Positions 1 to 11,200 of a stretch of DNA of 64,000 bases are shown in pieces. Both the position numbers and the translations under genes were made by a program. Numbering within the stretch: the first letter of the stretch is position 1; every line of letters begins with the position of its first letter. This DNA is from a virus. The DNA is taken from the IMG/VR virus record IMGVR_UViG_3300022926_000006, positions 18,084 through 82,083 of that record; one strand, given 5' to 3'. Under the pieces are notes generated by a model that saw nothing but the letters and a program-made list of their open reading frames with translations, ran no database searches and was not told where the DNA came from.

Positions 1-134
1 TGTCGAGTAAACCCTTGTGTATTTGAAGTTAAGGAAGAATCCGATAAATCTATATATTTATATTGAAGTAGTAGACTACCTTTAATAGACTTTTTAGTAA
101 TTTTTGTTAATGGCACAGTACACCTCAATCATAA

Positions 135-671
135 TTAGTTCTGCGATCCTGAGTTAACTCCCATAGACAGTTCTTTTACAATTAAGAACCCCTCACGAAC
201 ATACAACTGCCAACCGTTATTATCCATACTTCTTCCTCTAACATCAACTACTTGTGCATTAGTATTTCCTGGCGTGTGGTTATGTACCCACCCCACACTT
301 TGCTTTGTGTCTCTAAATGAAGAGTGAAAAATATTAGAATAAACCCTATCATGCTCACCACCATGTTGAGTAAACGAATTACCTCCAGTTGGACCACCAC
401 CTAGTTGTGTGTGTTCATATTCTTCAATACCGTTGACAAACAAAGAAATAGCATATTGACTATCCGAACCTGTCTGGTCGTGTTCATATGATGCTGAGAA
501 CGTACACTCAAGAATTGAGTCCCCATACTGAGGTGTCATAGTGATTGCGCTTCCAACCACTTGATATGTTTGTGTATTAGATGTGATACTAGTGTCACTC
601 AAATCAGCATATTTAAACTGAACTAAGAGAGACCCATGTACGATATGTTTTGTTACTTTAGTTAGTGCCAT
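135..671 (-). CDS. Small virion/tail-tip accessory protein, paralog 4 of 4
   Basis: 178 aa; N-terminus MALTKVTKHIVHG and TPQY.DS.LE..FS shared with three neighbours; lies in late structural operon. Confidence 0.6.
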   Translation of the reverse strand: MALTKVTKHIVHGSLLVQFKYADLSDTSITSNTQTYQVVGSAITMTPQYGDSILECTFSASYEHDQTGSDSQYAISLFVNGIEEYEHTQLGGGPTGGNSFTQHGGEHDRVYSNIFHSSFRDTKQSVGWVHNHTPGNTNAQVVDVRGRSMDNNGWQLYVREGFLIVKELSMGVNSGSQN

Positions 672-684
672 TGTTTTACCTCTC

Positions 685-1212
685 TTATGTCAAATCGTGA
701 TGATTGCCGGCAATCTCAGAAATAGTTACATAACCATCTTGACATTGAATACTATATTGTCCAGCATCAGAACTCATCATAATCTCAACTGTTTGTGGAT
801 TCGTAGTTCCTGGAGCGTGAATATGGTTCGCATATACACCAGTTCCAAAATTTGAATGATGAAACTCTTGTCTGACATTATGTTGCGAAAATCTAGGATT
901 ATAGAAATGAAATGTACCAACATTAGTTGCGCCTCTACCCATCGTACCTTCTTGAACATACTCATCAGTTCCATTAACTCGAATTGCTAAGTTTCCATAT
1001 CTGTTGGTTCCGGAGAAGTTTGATCCGGTAAACATACTTCCAGTAAACACAATTTCCAAATGGGAATCGGCATATTGTGGAGTAAAGATTACCGCTTCAC
1101 CCCATCTAGTATAAGAACTACTACTACTAGTTAAATCTGATAAGTCTTTACCATAGTGTGCAATCAGTTGCGAACCGAACACAATATGTTTTGTTACTTT
1201 AGTTAATGCCAT
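685..1212 (-). CDS. Small virion/tail-tip accessory protein, paralog 3 of 4
   Basis: 175 aa; same family motifs; late promoter at 1244-1251 upstream. Confidence 0.6.
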   Translation of the reverse strand: MALTKVTKHIVFGSQLIAHYGKDLSDLTSSSSSYTRWGEAVIFTPQYADSHLEIVFTGSMFTGSNFSGTNRYGNLAIRVNGTDEYVQEGTMGRGATNVGTFHFYNPRFSQHNVRQEFHHSNFGTGVYANHIHAPGTTNPQTVEIMMSSDAGQYSIQCQDGYVTISEIAGNHHDLT

Positions 1213-1243
1213 TTTTATTACCCTTTAATGTCTTTTCTATACA

Positions 1244-1251
1244 TATTTATA
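1244..1251 (-). promoter_or_regulatory. T4-type late promoter TATAAATA
   Basis: Exact consensus upstream of 685..1212. Confidence 0.7.
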
Positions 1252-1262
1252 TATATCTTTCT

Positions 1263-1790
1263 TTAAGTGTTCGGTGTGAAAGCACTTACGTCAAGTTCGG
1301 TGATAGTCATATAACCGTCCTTAAATTGTAAATTGTGCTGATTATTATCAGCACTCACTTGAATTGCAACAGTAATTAAGTTATTGTGACCTGGCGCCAT
1401 AATGTGATTTAAATATAATCCGGTAGCAAAGTTTGACAGATTAAATTGCTGTCTAACATTATGTTGAGAAAATCTTGGATTGTAAAAGTATCTTTCTCCA
1501 CTTAATGTTCCTCTTCCACCAATTATACCATTCATCAAGTATTCTGAATTACCATCAATAACTAATTGCATATTACCACTTCTAAGAGTTTCAGTCGTGC
1601 TATTTTCTGCGTATACACTTCCAGTAAACACACACTCTAAATGGGAATCACGCTCAACTGGTTGAAAGGTTGTGTTATCCCATTCGGTCCATACTGAAGT
1701 ACCACAACTAACATCAGAAAAATCGCAACCATAATGTTGGACTAATGTTGTTCCAAATATGCTTTTATTACTAATTTTCTTTAACGCCAT
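1263..1790 (-). CDS. Small virion/tail-tip accessory protein, paralog 2 of 4
   Basis: 175 aa; DSHLECVFTGS and FYNPRFSQHNVRQ shared with 685..1212. Confidence 0.6.
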   Translation of the reverse strand: MALKKISNKSIFGTTLVQHYGCDFSDVSCGTSVWTEWDNTTFQPVERDSHLECVFTGSVYAENSTTETLRSGNMQLVIDGNSEYLMNGIIGGRGTLSGERYFYNPRFSQHNVRQQFNLSNFATGLYLNHIMAPGHNNLITVAIQVSADNNQHNLQFKDGYMTITELDVSAFTPNT

Positions 1791-1816
1791 TATATAAATT
1801 CCAATTTTAAAATCAT

Positions 1817-2317
1817 TTAGTTTACGAAATTATTACCAGGAGTTCCGGAGGTAACTCCAGCGGCAACTTCTTTTGCACAGAAAAATCCATCATAACAATA
1901 TGTAGTACCATTGTTTGTATTATTTTTAGACATTTGAATTTTCATAGTTTGTAAGTTTGTTGATCCTGGTAAATGTCTATGGAACATAGATACGGAATCA
2001 CCTTCTCGTTGTCCAAACTGAGTGAATGAGAATGAGTATGAACCAGGACCACTAACATTAACGATAGTATATTCATTAGTGCCGTTGATATCCAAATACA
2101 TTGTTGCTTCAGCGGAATCAGGATGTGTTGGTGTTGCAACAACACCACTAAAATGACACTCTAAGATACTATCAGCGTATTGTGGAGTTAGCGTAATACT
2201 GTCCCAGTCATTTTCAGTGCCGGTATTATTAAAGTTCATATCCGCAAAGTCTTTATATCGAACTTGAACAATAGTTGCTCCATGTACAATATGTTTAGTT
2301 AGTTTTGTTAATGCCAT
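1817..2317 (-). CDS. Small virion/tail-tip accessory protein, paralog 1 of 4
   Basis: 166 aa; MALTKLTKHIVHG, TPQYADSILECHFSG. Confidence 0.6.
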   Translation of the reverse strand: MALTKLTKHIVHGATIVQVRYKDFADMNFNNTGTENDWDSITLTPQYADSILECHFSGVVATPTHPDSAEATMYLDINGTNEYTIVNVSGPGSYSFSFTQFGQREGDSVSMFHRHLPGSTNLQTMKIQMSKNNTNNGTTYCYDGFFCAKEVAAGVTSGTPGNNFVN

Positions 2318-2329
2318 TTTGGTTCCCTT

Positions 2330-4723
2330 TTATATAAATCTAACAACTTCAATGGTATTTCCATCATTAGGAATTGCAGTCAAATATAATTTGTTACCTA
2401 TAATAACATATTCATGTTGACCTTTCAATTCACCATCTAAAAATACTAGAAGTTTTTGTTCGTTATATGTGTCTTGTACAGTTCCATAAGAATGCTTCTC
2501 GAAAACAAGTTCCCCCAAATCGAAAATTTGTCTAATACCATCACATACGATTGTTAATTTTTTGGTTTCTAAGTTAGTATCTGATGATACACCAGCATAA
2601 GTTGTAATATCGAATATACCAATAACTTCAACAAATGCATCACTTGTAGGTGCGGTGTTAAATGTTAGATTTGTTCCAGTCAATGCATATTCATTATCTC
2701 TATACATTCTACCATTCACATATACTAAAATACCAAAATCATCTGGAGTTGTCGTAGACGTAAATGGTAATGTATAATTGACACTACTACCATCACCTCT
2801 AAACATTGCTTTTCTTCTATTCGCCGCGGCAACTTCAGTACACTTCAAAACTTTCACATTAATTATAGAACCAAACTGAGGTGCTTCATCAAAGAAACAA
2901 ATCTTGTTATTATTTACAAAATATGCTTTGTCTTGCTGTAATACACCATCAATATAGATGATTACAGAGGATTCGCTGTCTGGATGTAATTCAATAGTTC
3001 CGGTTGCTCTATCGTATAGACGAATAAACTTATGGTCACCAACACCAGTTGCAGGATTTCCTGTCATATCAATTTGTAAAGCATCTTGACATGTGGAATC
3101 AAGTCCAGTGAAGAAAATTAGTTCAACAACAACTGGCGCGCCTGTAACAGCATCATCTGAATGACCGGCAGTCCCACCTATAGTTAAAGTATCTGTGGTT
3201 AATGCCCAACTATCTCTGTCCTGAATAATACCGTTGACAATCACCATAAACTTTTGTTCGTTTGCTAAGTTTGAGTTAAATGTCGCTTGGAAGTCTGAAG
3301 TTCTTGCAGTATAACCTGATGTTATGTCAAATGCCGCTGAGGCACCTGTTGTCGACCACACTATACGCTCTACACCAACAGAACCATTAATTGAAACGTC
3401 TAGGTCACTAATTAATCTTTCAATGTCCCTAATTTCAACAAAAGAAGCGTTTTCATCTTCGCCAACAAGTGAACCTATATTAACAGTAGTAATTGCTGAT
3501 CCAGATGGGTCTCCTGGTCCTCCTGCAGTATTGGTATATGTATTATATGGTTGAATAATACCATCTACTGATACTAGATATTCATGTTCATTATTCGTCA
3601 GTGTGTATGCTGTATCTGACAACCATGCATTATCTAATGAATCCCATCTGGTGTTATTAATATCAAAATACTGTTGTCCGTCATTATTGGTAACACTATC
3701 GATAATAACTGTAGCATCATTTGTACTACCTGCTTGATAAATATTCAATGCTTCTGATGTTTGAAATTCTCGCGAGAATTGATTTGCTGTGATGCTGGAA
3801 ATTGAAACGCCAGTTACAACGCCTCCCGCGGCAGTGATATTAACCCATAGTTCATTTCCAGAACCACCATATGCTCTAACATTATTGGCAGTTGTATATC
3901 CACTAGTGCCTGAAGCACCAACAGAAACAGTAGCAGGAACACCCTCAAAGTCTTTAGTCATAATAACTCGTCTACACAGATTTGTATACTGTGCAGGAGA
4001 ACCTTCTTGGAGATTTCTAAACTCAATTTCTGTGTTTTCGGTTAGAACATCATTGTGAACATATTTGTAACCACTTGTAATTAAATATTCGCGCTGGTTA
4101 GATACAATAGCATCGCCGTTATCCGAACTACCTCTACATACAATTACGTTATTTTCATTTTGCACATACTGATGCATAGGAATAATATTCTGATATCCAT
4201 CAGTCTTTTCTCTAGTGCGTCTAATTGCAAGATTGTTTGATGCTAAAGTTTGACCAGTAGGATCAATGATATCATAGATTCCTCTGATTTCTACTTCAGC
4301 ATTAAGAGATGGAACAGTATTAAGAATTACCTTACTACCAGAAAGCACATAATCTCTATCTTGTTGCACTTCACCATTAACGGTAACTAAAACTGAATAT
4401 TCGTTAGGAGGAATAAATCCACAATCAAAAATTCTCTGAATATTATCTGCAATGTGAAGTTTATGTCTGGTAGATTGAATATCTGTTGCCTTAGGCGCAA
4501 CAATGACTAGTTCAGTTCCATCACCTGGTGCGTCAGCAAGAACAACCTTATTAGGATGCTTGAATACCCAATCTTGGTCATTTAGAAACGTACCATCTAA
4601 ATAACACGCCAACTGATTATCAGAATTTGGCACAAAATCTAATGTGAAGATTTTCTGAGTACCATCTCCTAATATTCTTTGTTGTCTTACTTTTACGTCT
4701 GTTGTTCTTCCAATATAAGGCAT
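2330..4723 (-). CDS. Virion structural protein with repeated GDG...F.L / V.V(N/D)G..Q...Y...G..(I/L).F..AP domains
   Basis: 797 aa; about 8 repeats of a module typical of marine T4-like tail/baseplate appendage proteins. Confidence 0.65.
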   Translation of the reverse strand: MPYIGRTTDVKVRQQRILGDGTQKIFTLDFVPNSDNQLACYLDGTFLNDQDWVFKHPNKVVLADAPGDGTELVIVAPKATDIQSTRHKLHIADNIQRIFDCGFIPPNEYSVLVTVNGEVQQDRDYVLSGSKVILNTVPSLNAEVEIRGIYDIIDPTGQTLASNNLAIRRTREKTDGYQNIIPMHQYVQNENNVIVCRGSSDNGDAIVSNQREYLITSGYKYVHNDVLTENTEIEFRNLQEGSPAQYTNLCRRVIMTKDFEGVPATVSVGASGTSGYTTANNVRAYGGSGNELWVNITAAGGVVTGVSISSITANQFSREFQTSEALNIYQAGSTNDATVIIDSVTNNDGQQYFDINNTRWDSLDNAWLSDTAYTLTNNEHEYLVSVDGIIQPYNTYTNTAGGPGDPSGSAITTVNIGSLVGEDENASFVEIRDIERLISDLDVSINGSVGVERIVWSTTGASAAFDITSGYTARTSDFQATFNSNLANEQKFMVIVNGIIQDRDSWALTTDTLTIGGTAGHSDDAVTGAPVVVELIFFTGLDSTCQDALQIDMTGNPATGVGDHKFIRLYDRATGTIELHPDSESSVIIYIDGVLQQDKAYFVNNNKICFFDEAPQFGSIINVKVLKCTEVAAANRRKAMFRGDGSSVNYTLPFTSTTTPDDFGILVYVNGRMYRDNEYALTGTNLTFNTAPTSDAFVEVIGIFDITTYAGVSSDTNLETKKLTIVCDGIRQIFDLGELVFEKHSYGTVQDTYNEQKLLVFLDGELKGQHEYVIIGNKLYLTAIPNDGNTIEVVRFI

Positions 4724-4737
4724 CTATTACTCTCTCT

Positions 4738-5067
4738 TTACGGTGTAAATTCTAGAACACTAGCGACCACATCCAGTGAATCCGCTCTTGAGGCAGTCAC
4801 TTTTAGTATTTCACCATCTTCTAAATTTATAGGTCTTTCCCAGACGGCGCCTAAGTTTGCCGCTACAGGATATAAGTATGCAATGTAAAACAAGTTACCT
4901 GCACCATCATCGATTGCGATGTTGCAATACAAATCTTCAAGATTATATCTGTTAGTCACATAAATTGCGTGAATTGTAGTATACTTACCTGAGGGAACTG
5001 TATATAATGAAGTTCCTGATGTGGAAGCACCACTTACTTTTGCATTTTTAAAATTACCAACTGCCAT
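4738..5067 (-). CDS. Small tail-fibre-associated protein
   Basis: 109 aa; LYTVPS...INLE.G..LKV....ASVLE motif; paralog of 7067..7402. Confidence 0.55.
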   Translation of the reverse strand: MAVGNFKNAKVSGASTSGTSLYTVPSGKYTTIHAIYVTNRYNLEDLYCNIAIDDGAGNLFYIAYLYPVAANLGAVWERPINLEDGEILKVTASRADSLDVVASVLEFTP

Positions 5068-5092
5068 TTTTAGTTATCCTATCTCTTTACTC

Positions 5093-5100
5093 TATTTATA
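5093..5100 (-). promoter_or_regulatory. T4-type late promoter TATAAATA
   Basis: Exact consensus in intergenic gap. Confidence 0.7.
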
Positions 5101-5115
5101 ATATTTTCTCTGCTA

Positions 5116-7065
5116 TTAACCCATAGCGATAGCAAAGAAACCTAAGTCTTCACTCAATGCCGCAGGTGCTACAATGCTTCTTGCAATTTTCTTCAAAGCA
5201 AATCCATCATCAGCATCAGCAACAATCAAATCATCACTACCTTGAATTGATGTAATTCTGGTAAGACCTGTAACAATGTTTGCTAAGTTTGGTGCAGTAA
5301 CAAGAGCGGTTGCATTAACGCTTGCCGCAGATAAGGTCGCACCAGTAATTGATATTGTAACATCTTGTAAATCTGTCATTGTTCCAGAACCATTAGCAGT
5401 AATATCTCCAGTGATATCTACTTCAATTGTTGGTGCATTAACATCAATTTGAAAATCAATAACATCACCAGCATCATTGTTTGTTACTACAATAGTGTTT
5501 CCTGCTCCAGTAAATGTACCAGTACCAGATGAAACGTATGTACCAACATAGTCTCTAATTTGCTCAATACCGGTAGCAGTTAAGTTGTCCATATCGGTAT
5601 TTGCTTTTAATGCTAGTGAATTGGATATAGTTGTAGCAAAGTTTGCATCATCGTTAATCGCCGCGGCAAGTTCATTAAGCGTATCTAGTGCGGCAGGTGA
5701 ACTATCAATCAAACCAGAAATAGCATTTCTTACATAGCGCATTGTCGCAACGCGAGAAGTATTCTGGTCTTGTCCATATGTTGCATATGTAAAGTTAACA
5801 TATGGTGGAATATGCATACACGGACCACCACCTTCAGACAATGTGATTGAACCACCACTCTCTGAAACAAATGAAGTTCTGAATCCATGAACTGTCATCA
5901 CATCACCTGTGATGTCCATAATACGAGTTAACTGATTGTTTGCGGCGTTTGTACACCCTTCAATCTTACACACATCACCTTCTGTGAATGCACTAAACTC
6001 TCCAGTTGAAGATGTTGTAATAGTACACGCTGTTTGCTCTGAGAAGTACTCAGGGTTCGCCAAAGGAGCAATTGTTAGCGTTGATACTCCATTAAGACGA
6101 ACCGCCTCAGGTAGTCTCTTATGAGCATACATGACTGTAGACTTCAACTCACCGTATGAGTTGTTTCTGTCAGTTGCTAATATAAGTTGGTCATCAGCAC
6201 CAACTACCATGTCACCGTCTAGTAGTTCTACAGTTCCTAAAATGTCACCATCACTATCTTCTAGATTTACTCTTGCTTGTGCCGCGCTATCAGCATTGTT
6301 TTCATCACGAATAGTAAATGTCGCGGCACCTGCTCCAGCGGCGGTATCTGAGAATGTGATTGTTCCGTCAATCTTAACATCACCAACAACGTGAAGTTTC
6401 TGTTCTGGTAACAGTGTTCCAATACCAACTCTTGAAGTTACTGTGTTTGCAAATAGAAGATTAGGATCAGTATCACCTTTTACATGAAAGTCAAGTGAAG
6501 TTTGACCATCATTAACAATAATTTGATCCGCTCCTAACATCAATACAGATTTGAGAGTTCCACCTGCCATAACATTAAAGTCAAACTCACCTTTTTCTGC
6601 TCCATCTGTAGGATCACCAATGTGCCCATACATTTCTGCGTAAATTGTACTCTCAGCGGCATCGTTTCTACCTTTAACACAGAATGTAGCAAGTTGGTCA
6701 CTTGCTACAGGAGATGCACTATCTCTGTCAAGTATAATTGTAGGTGCGCCTGCGGCGCCCGCATCATTATGGTAAATATTAACAACTTGACCTGATATAT
6801 CTACAGCATGTGCAGGCGCGGCAACATTGATACCAATTCTATCATTGTCAGTATCAATTGCTAAAGTATCGGTATTAAATGTGTGAATACCAGTTGTGGC
6901 AGTATTTACAATAATGCCAGTTTGTGTTTGCTGTGTATCTGTAATTGTTAAATTCGTTACGGTTGATGCACTATCATCAATTCCAGTTGAACTGAAAGTG
7001 GTAATTGTACCGCCATCTAATCTATTACCTGATACTCTCGGTTGTGCGCCTACATATTTCGCCAT
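5116..7065 (-). CDS. Tail fibre protein
   Basis: 649 aa; RVGIGT..P...LHV.G fibre repeats and LIDSSPAALDTLNELAAAINDDANF motif typical of tail fibres. Confidence 0.8.
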   Translation of the reverse strand: MAKYVGAQPRVSGNRLDGGTITTFSSTGIDDSASTVTNLTITDTQQTQTGIIVNTATTGIHTFNTDTLAIDTDNDRIGINVAAPAHAVDISGQVVNIYHNDAGAAGAPTIILDRDSASPVASDQLATFCVKGRNDAAESTIYAEMYGHIGDPTDGAEKGEFDFNVMAGGTLKSVLMLGADQIIVNDGQTSLDFHVKGDTDPNLLFANTVTSRVGIGTLLPEQKLHVVGDVKIDGTITFSDTAAGAGAATFTIRDENNADSAAQARVNLEDSDGDILGTVELLDGDMVVGADDQLILATDRNNSYGELKSTVMYAHKRLPEAVRLNGVSTLTIAPLANPEYFSEQTACTITTSSTGEFSAFTEGDVCKIEGCTNAANNQLTRIMDITGDVMTVHGFRTSFVSESGGSITLSEGGGPCMHIPPYVNFTYATYGQDQNTSRVATMRYVRNAISGLIDSSPAALDTLNELAAAINDDANFATTISNSLALKANTDMDNLTATGIEQIRDYVGTYVSSGTGTFTGAGNTIVVTNNDAGDVIDFQIDVNAPTIEVDITGDITANGSGTMTDLQDVTISITGATLSAASVNATALVTAPNLANIVTGLTRITSIQGSDDLIVADADDGFALKKIARSIVAPAALSEDLGFFAIAMG

Positions 7066-7066
7066 A

Positions 7067-7402
7067 TTAGATGTCCTCTAAGATACTTGCAATTGCATTG
7101 AGTGATGATGCGGTATCACTTGTCACTGCTACTTTATCACTTTCATTCAGAACAATCTTCTGTCCACTAATAAATGAAAGCGTTGAGTTCGCAGGTATAG
7201 TTATACCATTTCCAAGCACTACATATGCAGAAGCGGAATCATCCCAGATTTCAACTGTAACGGCAATTGCACTAACAGTGGTATTAGCAAGTTCTAATCC
7301 AATAAGCATACTACGCTTACCTACTGCGGATGGTGTAGTATACATATCAACTCTTGATGTTCCTACCCCACTAGCAATTCTATTCTCAAAATCGTTTGCC
7401 AT
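7067..7402 (-). CDS. Small tail-fibre-associated protein
   Basis: 111 aa MANDF...IPANSTL....QKIVL...D...V....ASILE; paralog of 4738..5067. Confidence 0.55.
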   Translation of the reverse strand: MANDFENRIASGVGTSRVDMYTTPSAVGKRSMLIGLELANTTVSAIAVTVEIWDDSASAYVVLGNGITIPANSTLSFISGQKIVLNESDKVAVTSDTASSLNAIASILEDI

Positions 7403-7427
7403 TTGTTTCCTCTATCCTTTATAGTAT

Positions 7428-7763
7428 TTATTCATAAAATCCATGTGCATCTAAATCAGTGTCAGTTCCAACAACATGAATAGGATGCATATCATATGCT
7501 AGAGGTTCTCCCTCTGAAATTCTCGCTCTTGTAATTCTATCACTCAATTCGTTCATAGTACCAACAACATCGCCAGTACTGATATCACCCGCAAGTAATG
7601 AAGTATCTCCAACTTTCGTTTCAATAACTCCAATGCCGTTGATAATATTATTTCCAAGAGATACATCTAATAAAGTTGTATCTCCAACATCATTAAACAT
7701 TGTATTAGTTCTAGTAAACCATTCCTTTAGAGATATTAATCTGTCGAATATAGTTACTGCCAT
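7428..7763 (-). CDS. Short fibre/whisker-like structural protein
   Basis: 111 aa; EW..RTN N-terminus and VGD..LL repeats; paralog of 7773..8054. Confidence 0.45.
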   Translation of the reverse strand: MAVTIFDRLISLKEWFTRTNTMFNDVGDTTLLDVSLGNNIINGIGVIETKVGDTSLLAGDISTGDVVGTMNELSDRITRARISEGEPLAYDMHPIHVVGTDTDLDAHGFYE

Positions 7764-7772
7764 TTTTACTTC

Positions 7773-8054
7773 CTATGCAAATGCAATCAACTGTGGTCGC
7801 GTCAATGCAGTTGCGGTTGATAAATTATCAAAATTAGTTTTTACTTCATTAACGGCACTAACTATATTTGATTTATTTGCTGTTGATAAGTTATTCAAAT
7901 CCCCAACATTATTATTCAAAGAATTAACACCACCAACAACAGTTGTTACACCAGCAGGAAGAGAAGCAGGATCACCTAAAGTTGTAGATACTGTATTTGT
8001 TTTTTGACGCCACTGGTCTAAACTGTCCGTTGATAATACTTGCGTAACTGCCAT
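7773..8054 (-). CDS. Short fibre/whisker-like structural protein
   Basis: 93 aa; DQWRQKTN and GDL..L.T..KSNIVSAVNEV coiled motif. Confidence 0.5.
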   Translation of the reverse strand: MAVTQVLSTDSLDQWRQKTNTVSTTLGDPASLPAGVTTVVGGVNSLNNNVGDLNNLSTANKSNIVSAVNEVKTNFDNLSTATALTRPQLIAFA

Positions 8055-8055
8055 A

Positions 8056-8280
8056 TTATTTCTCCAAAATTTCTTTTAACAAATTCTTTATGTCTGTCAT
8101 CTCATCTTTTAAACTATTTAGTTCATCACATAGATGCTCTACTTTTTGTTTTTCTGCGGTTTTATTATTATACGCCTGCATAAATTGAATATATTCGTGT
8201 TTAGAAGTGTTAATTACTGCACCACTTGACACATCTCTAACTAAATTATCATGCCCTTCAATTCTAAGTCTAGAAGACAT
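8056..8280 (-). CDS. Conserved hypothetical T4-like protein (coiled-coil C-terminus)
   Basis: Likely start MSSRLRIEGHDNLVRD at 8280, directly after the stop of the large gene. Confidence 0.6.
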   Translation of the reverse strand: MSSRLRIEGHDNLVRDVSSGAVINTSKHEYIQFMQAYNNKTAEKQKVEHLCDELNSLKDEMTDIKNLLKEILEK

Positions 8281-8281
8281 A

Positions 8282-11200
8282 TTACACCGCCAGTGCAAGT
8301 ACACGCAAGTTTTTAATTTGCGGAACGCTTGCTGGATTAGTAGATTTAAACACCAACTTCACGGCAATTGATGAGAATCCATTTAGATTTTCGACTAGAT
8401 GTGTTCTTTCTCTAAAGATGAATTGATTTTCATCTGGTGAATCCGGAATTTCTGTCGTAGTTTGTACATATGGAATGGTGTCAAATGTTGCTTCATCACC
8501 ATCAGGCAATACCTTATAATAAACATCAACTGTTGTTCCGGCAGGTCTGTTCATTTCATATAAAATCTTAATCGCGGTAGAAGAATTTTCTAATGTAAAT
8601 CTTCTAGTGACATAGTTTGCAAGATTGGTTGCGCCAACGGGTGCAATATCGTGAATGAACTTCTCTGCTTGGATAAGAGTGATAGCACTACTAGCACTTT
8701 CATCTACTCCAGGAGCAGGTGAAACTGTAATAGTCGATGTGGTACCATCATTTTTGTAATTTGTGATGATATAAGTTTTATCATTTGATGCGTTACCTGA
8801 ACCACTAGTTGTAATTTCTTTACCAATATCTAATGTATCAAACTCTTCTCTAAGAGTTGCGTCAGTGGTTGTAATAGTACTATTAGTTGCAGAGTATGCA
8901 ATATTTGTATTTGCAGTAGCAACAGTTCTATTATCAAAGTCGGCAACATTGACATCAGATGCAGTCAAGTTATCAATTCTATTAGCAACAGTACATAACG
9001 ATACTCTCTGACTATCAATTACAGGACTTACAAAAGAATTAGAACTAAACAATGTTGCTCTTAGTTGAGCAGAATATCCTGCCGTTGATTGATTATCATA
9101 TGACATTATAGATTTTCTATCTGTAAAATATGTAATATCATTTTCAGGAATATTTTGCAATCCAGTAAATACTCCGCTTGTATTGCCGATATTCAAGTCA
9201 TATGTTAATGATGTGTTTGCAAACTTTAGTTGTGTAACAGTAGGAGTAATAACGTCAACTGGTAGATTTCTAGTTGCGCGAACTCCAGCACCCCCAACAA
9301 AATCTGCAGAAAGAATATCTGCTTCAGTTCCAGGATACGCTCCACCATCCGCGATGTTTGCTTCAGTAACTTCAATGACATATGTGTCTGTAGTAACTGG
9401 AGCAACAACTGTATGTTGTCCATTCAACTCTGTGTGTGGAATACCAACGCTTGTTGAGTTTGCACCATAGAATCCACTAGGTACTCCAGCAATTGATACT
9501 TTGTTGCCAGCAACAAATCCATGATTTCTTTGATACACACGAACTTTATTCGAACCAGTTGTTGTTTCAAATGGGTCAGTTCTTAAAGTTGTGTAACCAT
9601 TTCTGGAGTTTTGAAAGTTAATTTGTCCAACTGCATCACTAAACTCGGCGCGATGTAAGGTAAACTTCAAATCTCTAGTTTGGAAAGGAGTCCATGTTCC
9701 ACCATTCTGCGATAAGAACATTGTTCCAGTTAACGGATTTTGAGATACAATTCGACCATCACCAATATTTGTTTTACCAACTTCAGAGAAGAATACTCTC
9801 ATTCCAGGTTCATCTGCTTTAAGAACAAGCGCATAAGTTGCGTCTTGTTGCATAAACACAGGACTATCAAAGGAAATAGTGGTTGATACAGTAGCATCAT
9901 CAGAAGTATTAATTGCTGATGCAGGAATTGTTTTCTGTGCTAGAATTTTACCTGATGGATTTCCATCTTTAGTATTAAGTAACTGTACAATTAATGGGCG
10001 AGTACCTCTAGCAGAGAAGAACAAATCAACTTTAGTAATCATTGCTCCATCAATAACATCTTGAACTACAAAAGTTTGTGCAAGTGGATCATGTCCAATT
10101 CTACGAGTTGGGGTAAATCTTGAAGATGTACCAATACTTCTTGTCACAACTCTATCTTGCTGTACGCGGTCACGAACAAACTCTGCTTGACGAACAGATA
10201 GAATTGTTTCTTCTCTCTCTTCATTTAGACCAGAAGCATGGAAAATTCTCTCTGCTTTGGTTGAGTGTGTTCCGTAATCTAGATTGTTCGATATATTGTC
10301 TATTAATCTAAATACTCTCTCACCAGTTCTAAACTGCGTTGATGCATTGTTTGGTACAACGAATACGCCATTAAATGAACCATCATCATCAGTAATCTTA
10401 TCACCACCAAACTTCTGAAGTTTCTTATAAACATCAGTTGATGTAGCATCTGTTACATCATTCACCGCTGTAATTGTACACTGGTTAATATTACCAGCAT
10501 TATTAAGAAGTGTTCCTGTTAAAACGTCACCAATTGCAAATCCATTTTGTCTGTTTGTAATATTAATATCAACAGGAGCGTTAGCGGCACCATTAGGATC
10601 ATCTGGTCTCTGATAAGAGACAACACCAGATGCTTGCAATCTTGTAGCAGTTCCACCGCTGGTATATGCGGTTAGTGCAGATACAGGTGAATTATTATAA
10701 TCAATTTGAATAATAGTAATTTGATTTGTTCCAGTGTTTACACTTTCTACAAAATATCTGTTATCATTAACACCATCATAGTTAAGTTCTATCGCACCAC
10801 CAATGTTGGCAAAGGTGACCATATGACCAACTGCAATACCATTCACGCTTGCAAGTGTGATAGTTGTTACATTACCAACTTGAGTTACGTTAGTTACAGT
10901 TGTTGGTGTGTGTACTTGGTTGCGAACCACATCACCAAATCCAAATGCGGCAAATGGTTGCTTTAACCATGACCCAGAATTTTGGTCAAATGAATCCCAA
11001 AATCTTGCACTATCTGTATCTGCCTGTGATCCAGGGTCTGCCATTGGGGTAAACTGAAAATCAGTACGATTTGTTGATGTTACTGTTAGTTTTTCATCTG
11101 GACGAACATATGCATTAACATTAACATTATCAAAGAATGCTTGTACTTTGGTGCGCGGTTTCATGTTTCCAACAGAAACGTGAATTGGAATTTCACGCAT

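Noticed and set aside
135-2317. Diversity-generating retroelement acting on the tandem paralogs
   Set aside because: No reverse transcriptase in the window and no near-identical TR/VR pair differing only at adenines; the shared segment differs at synonymous sites
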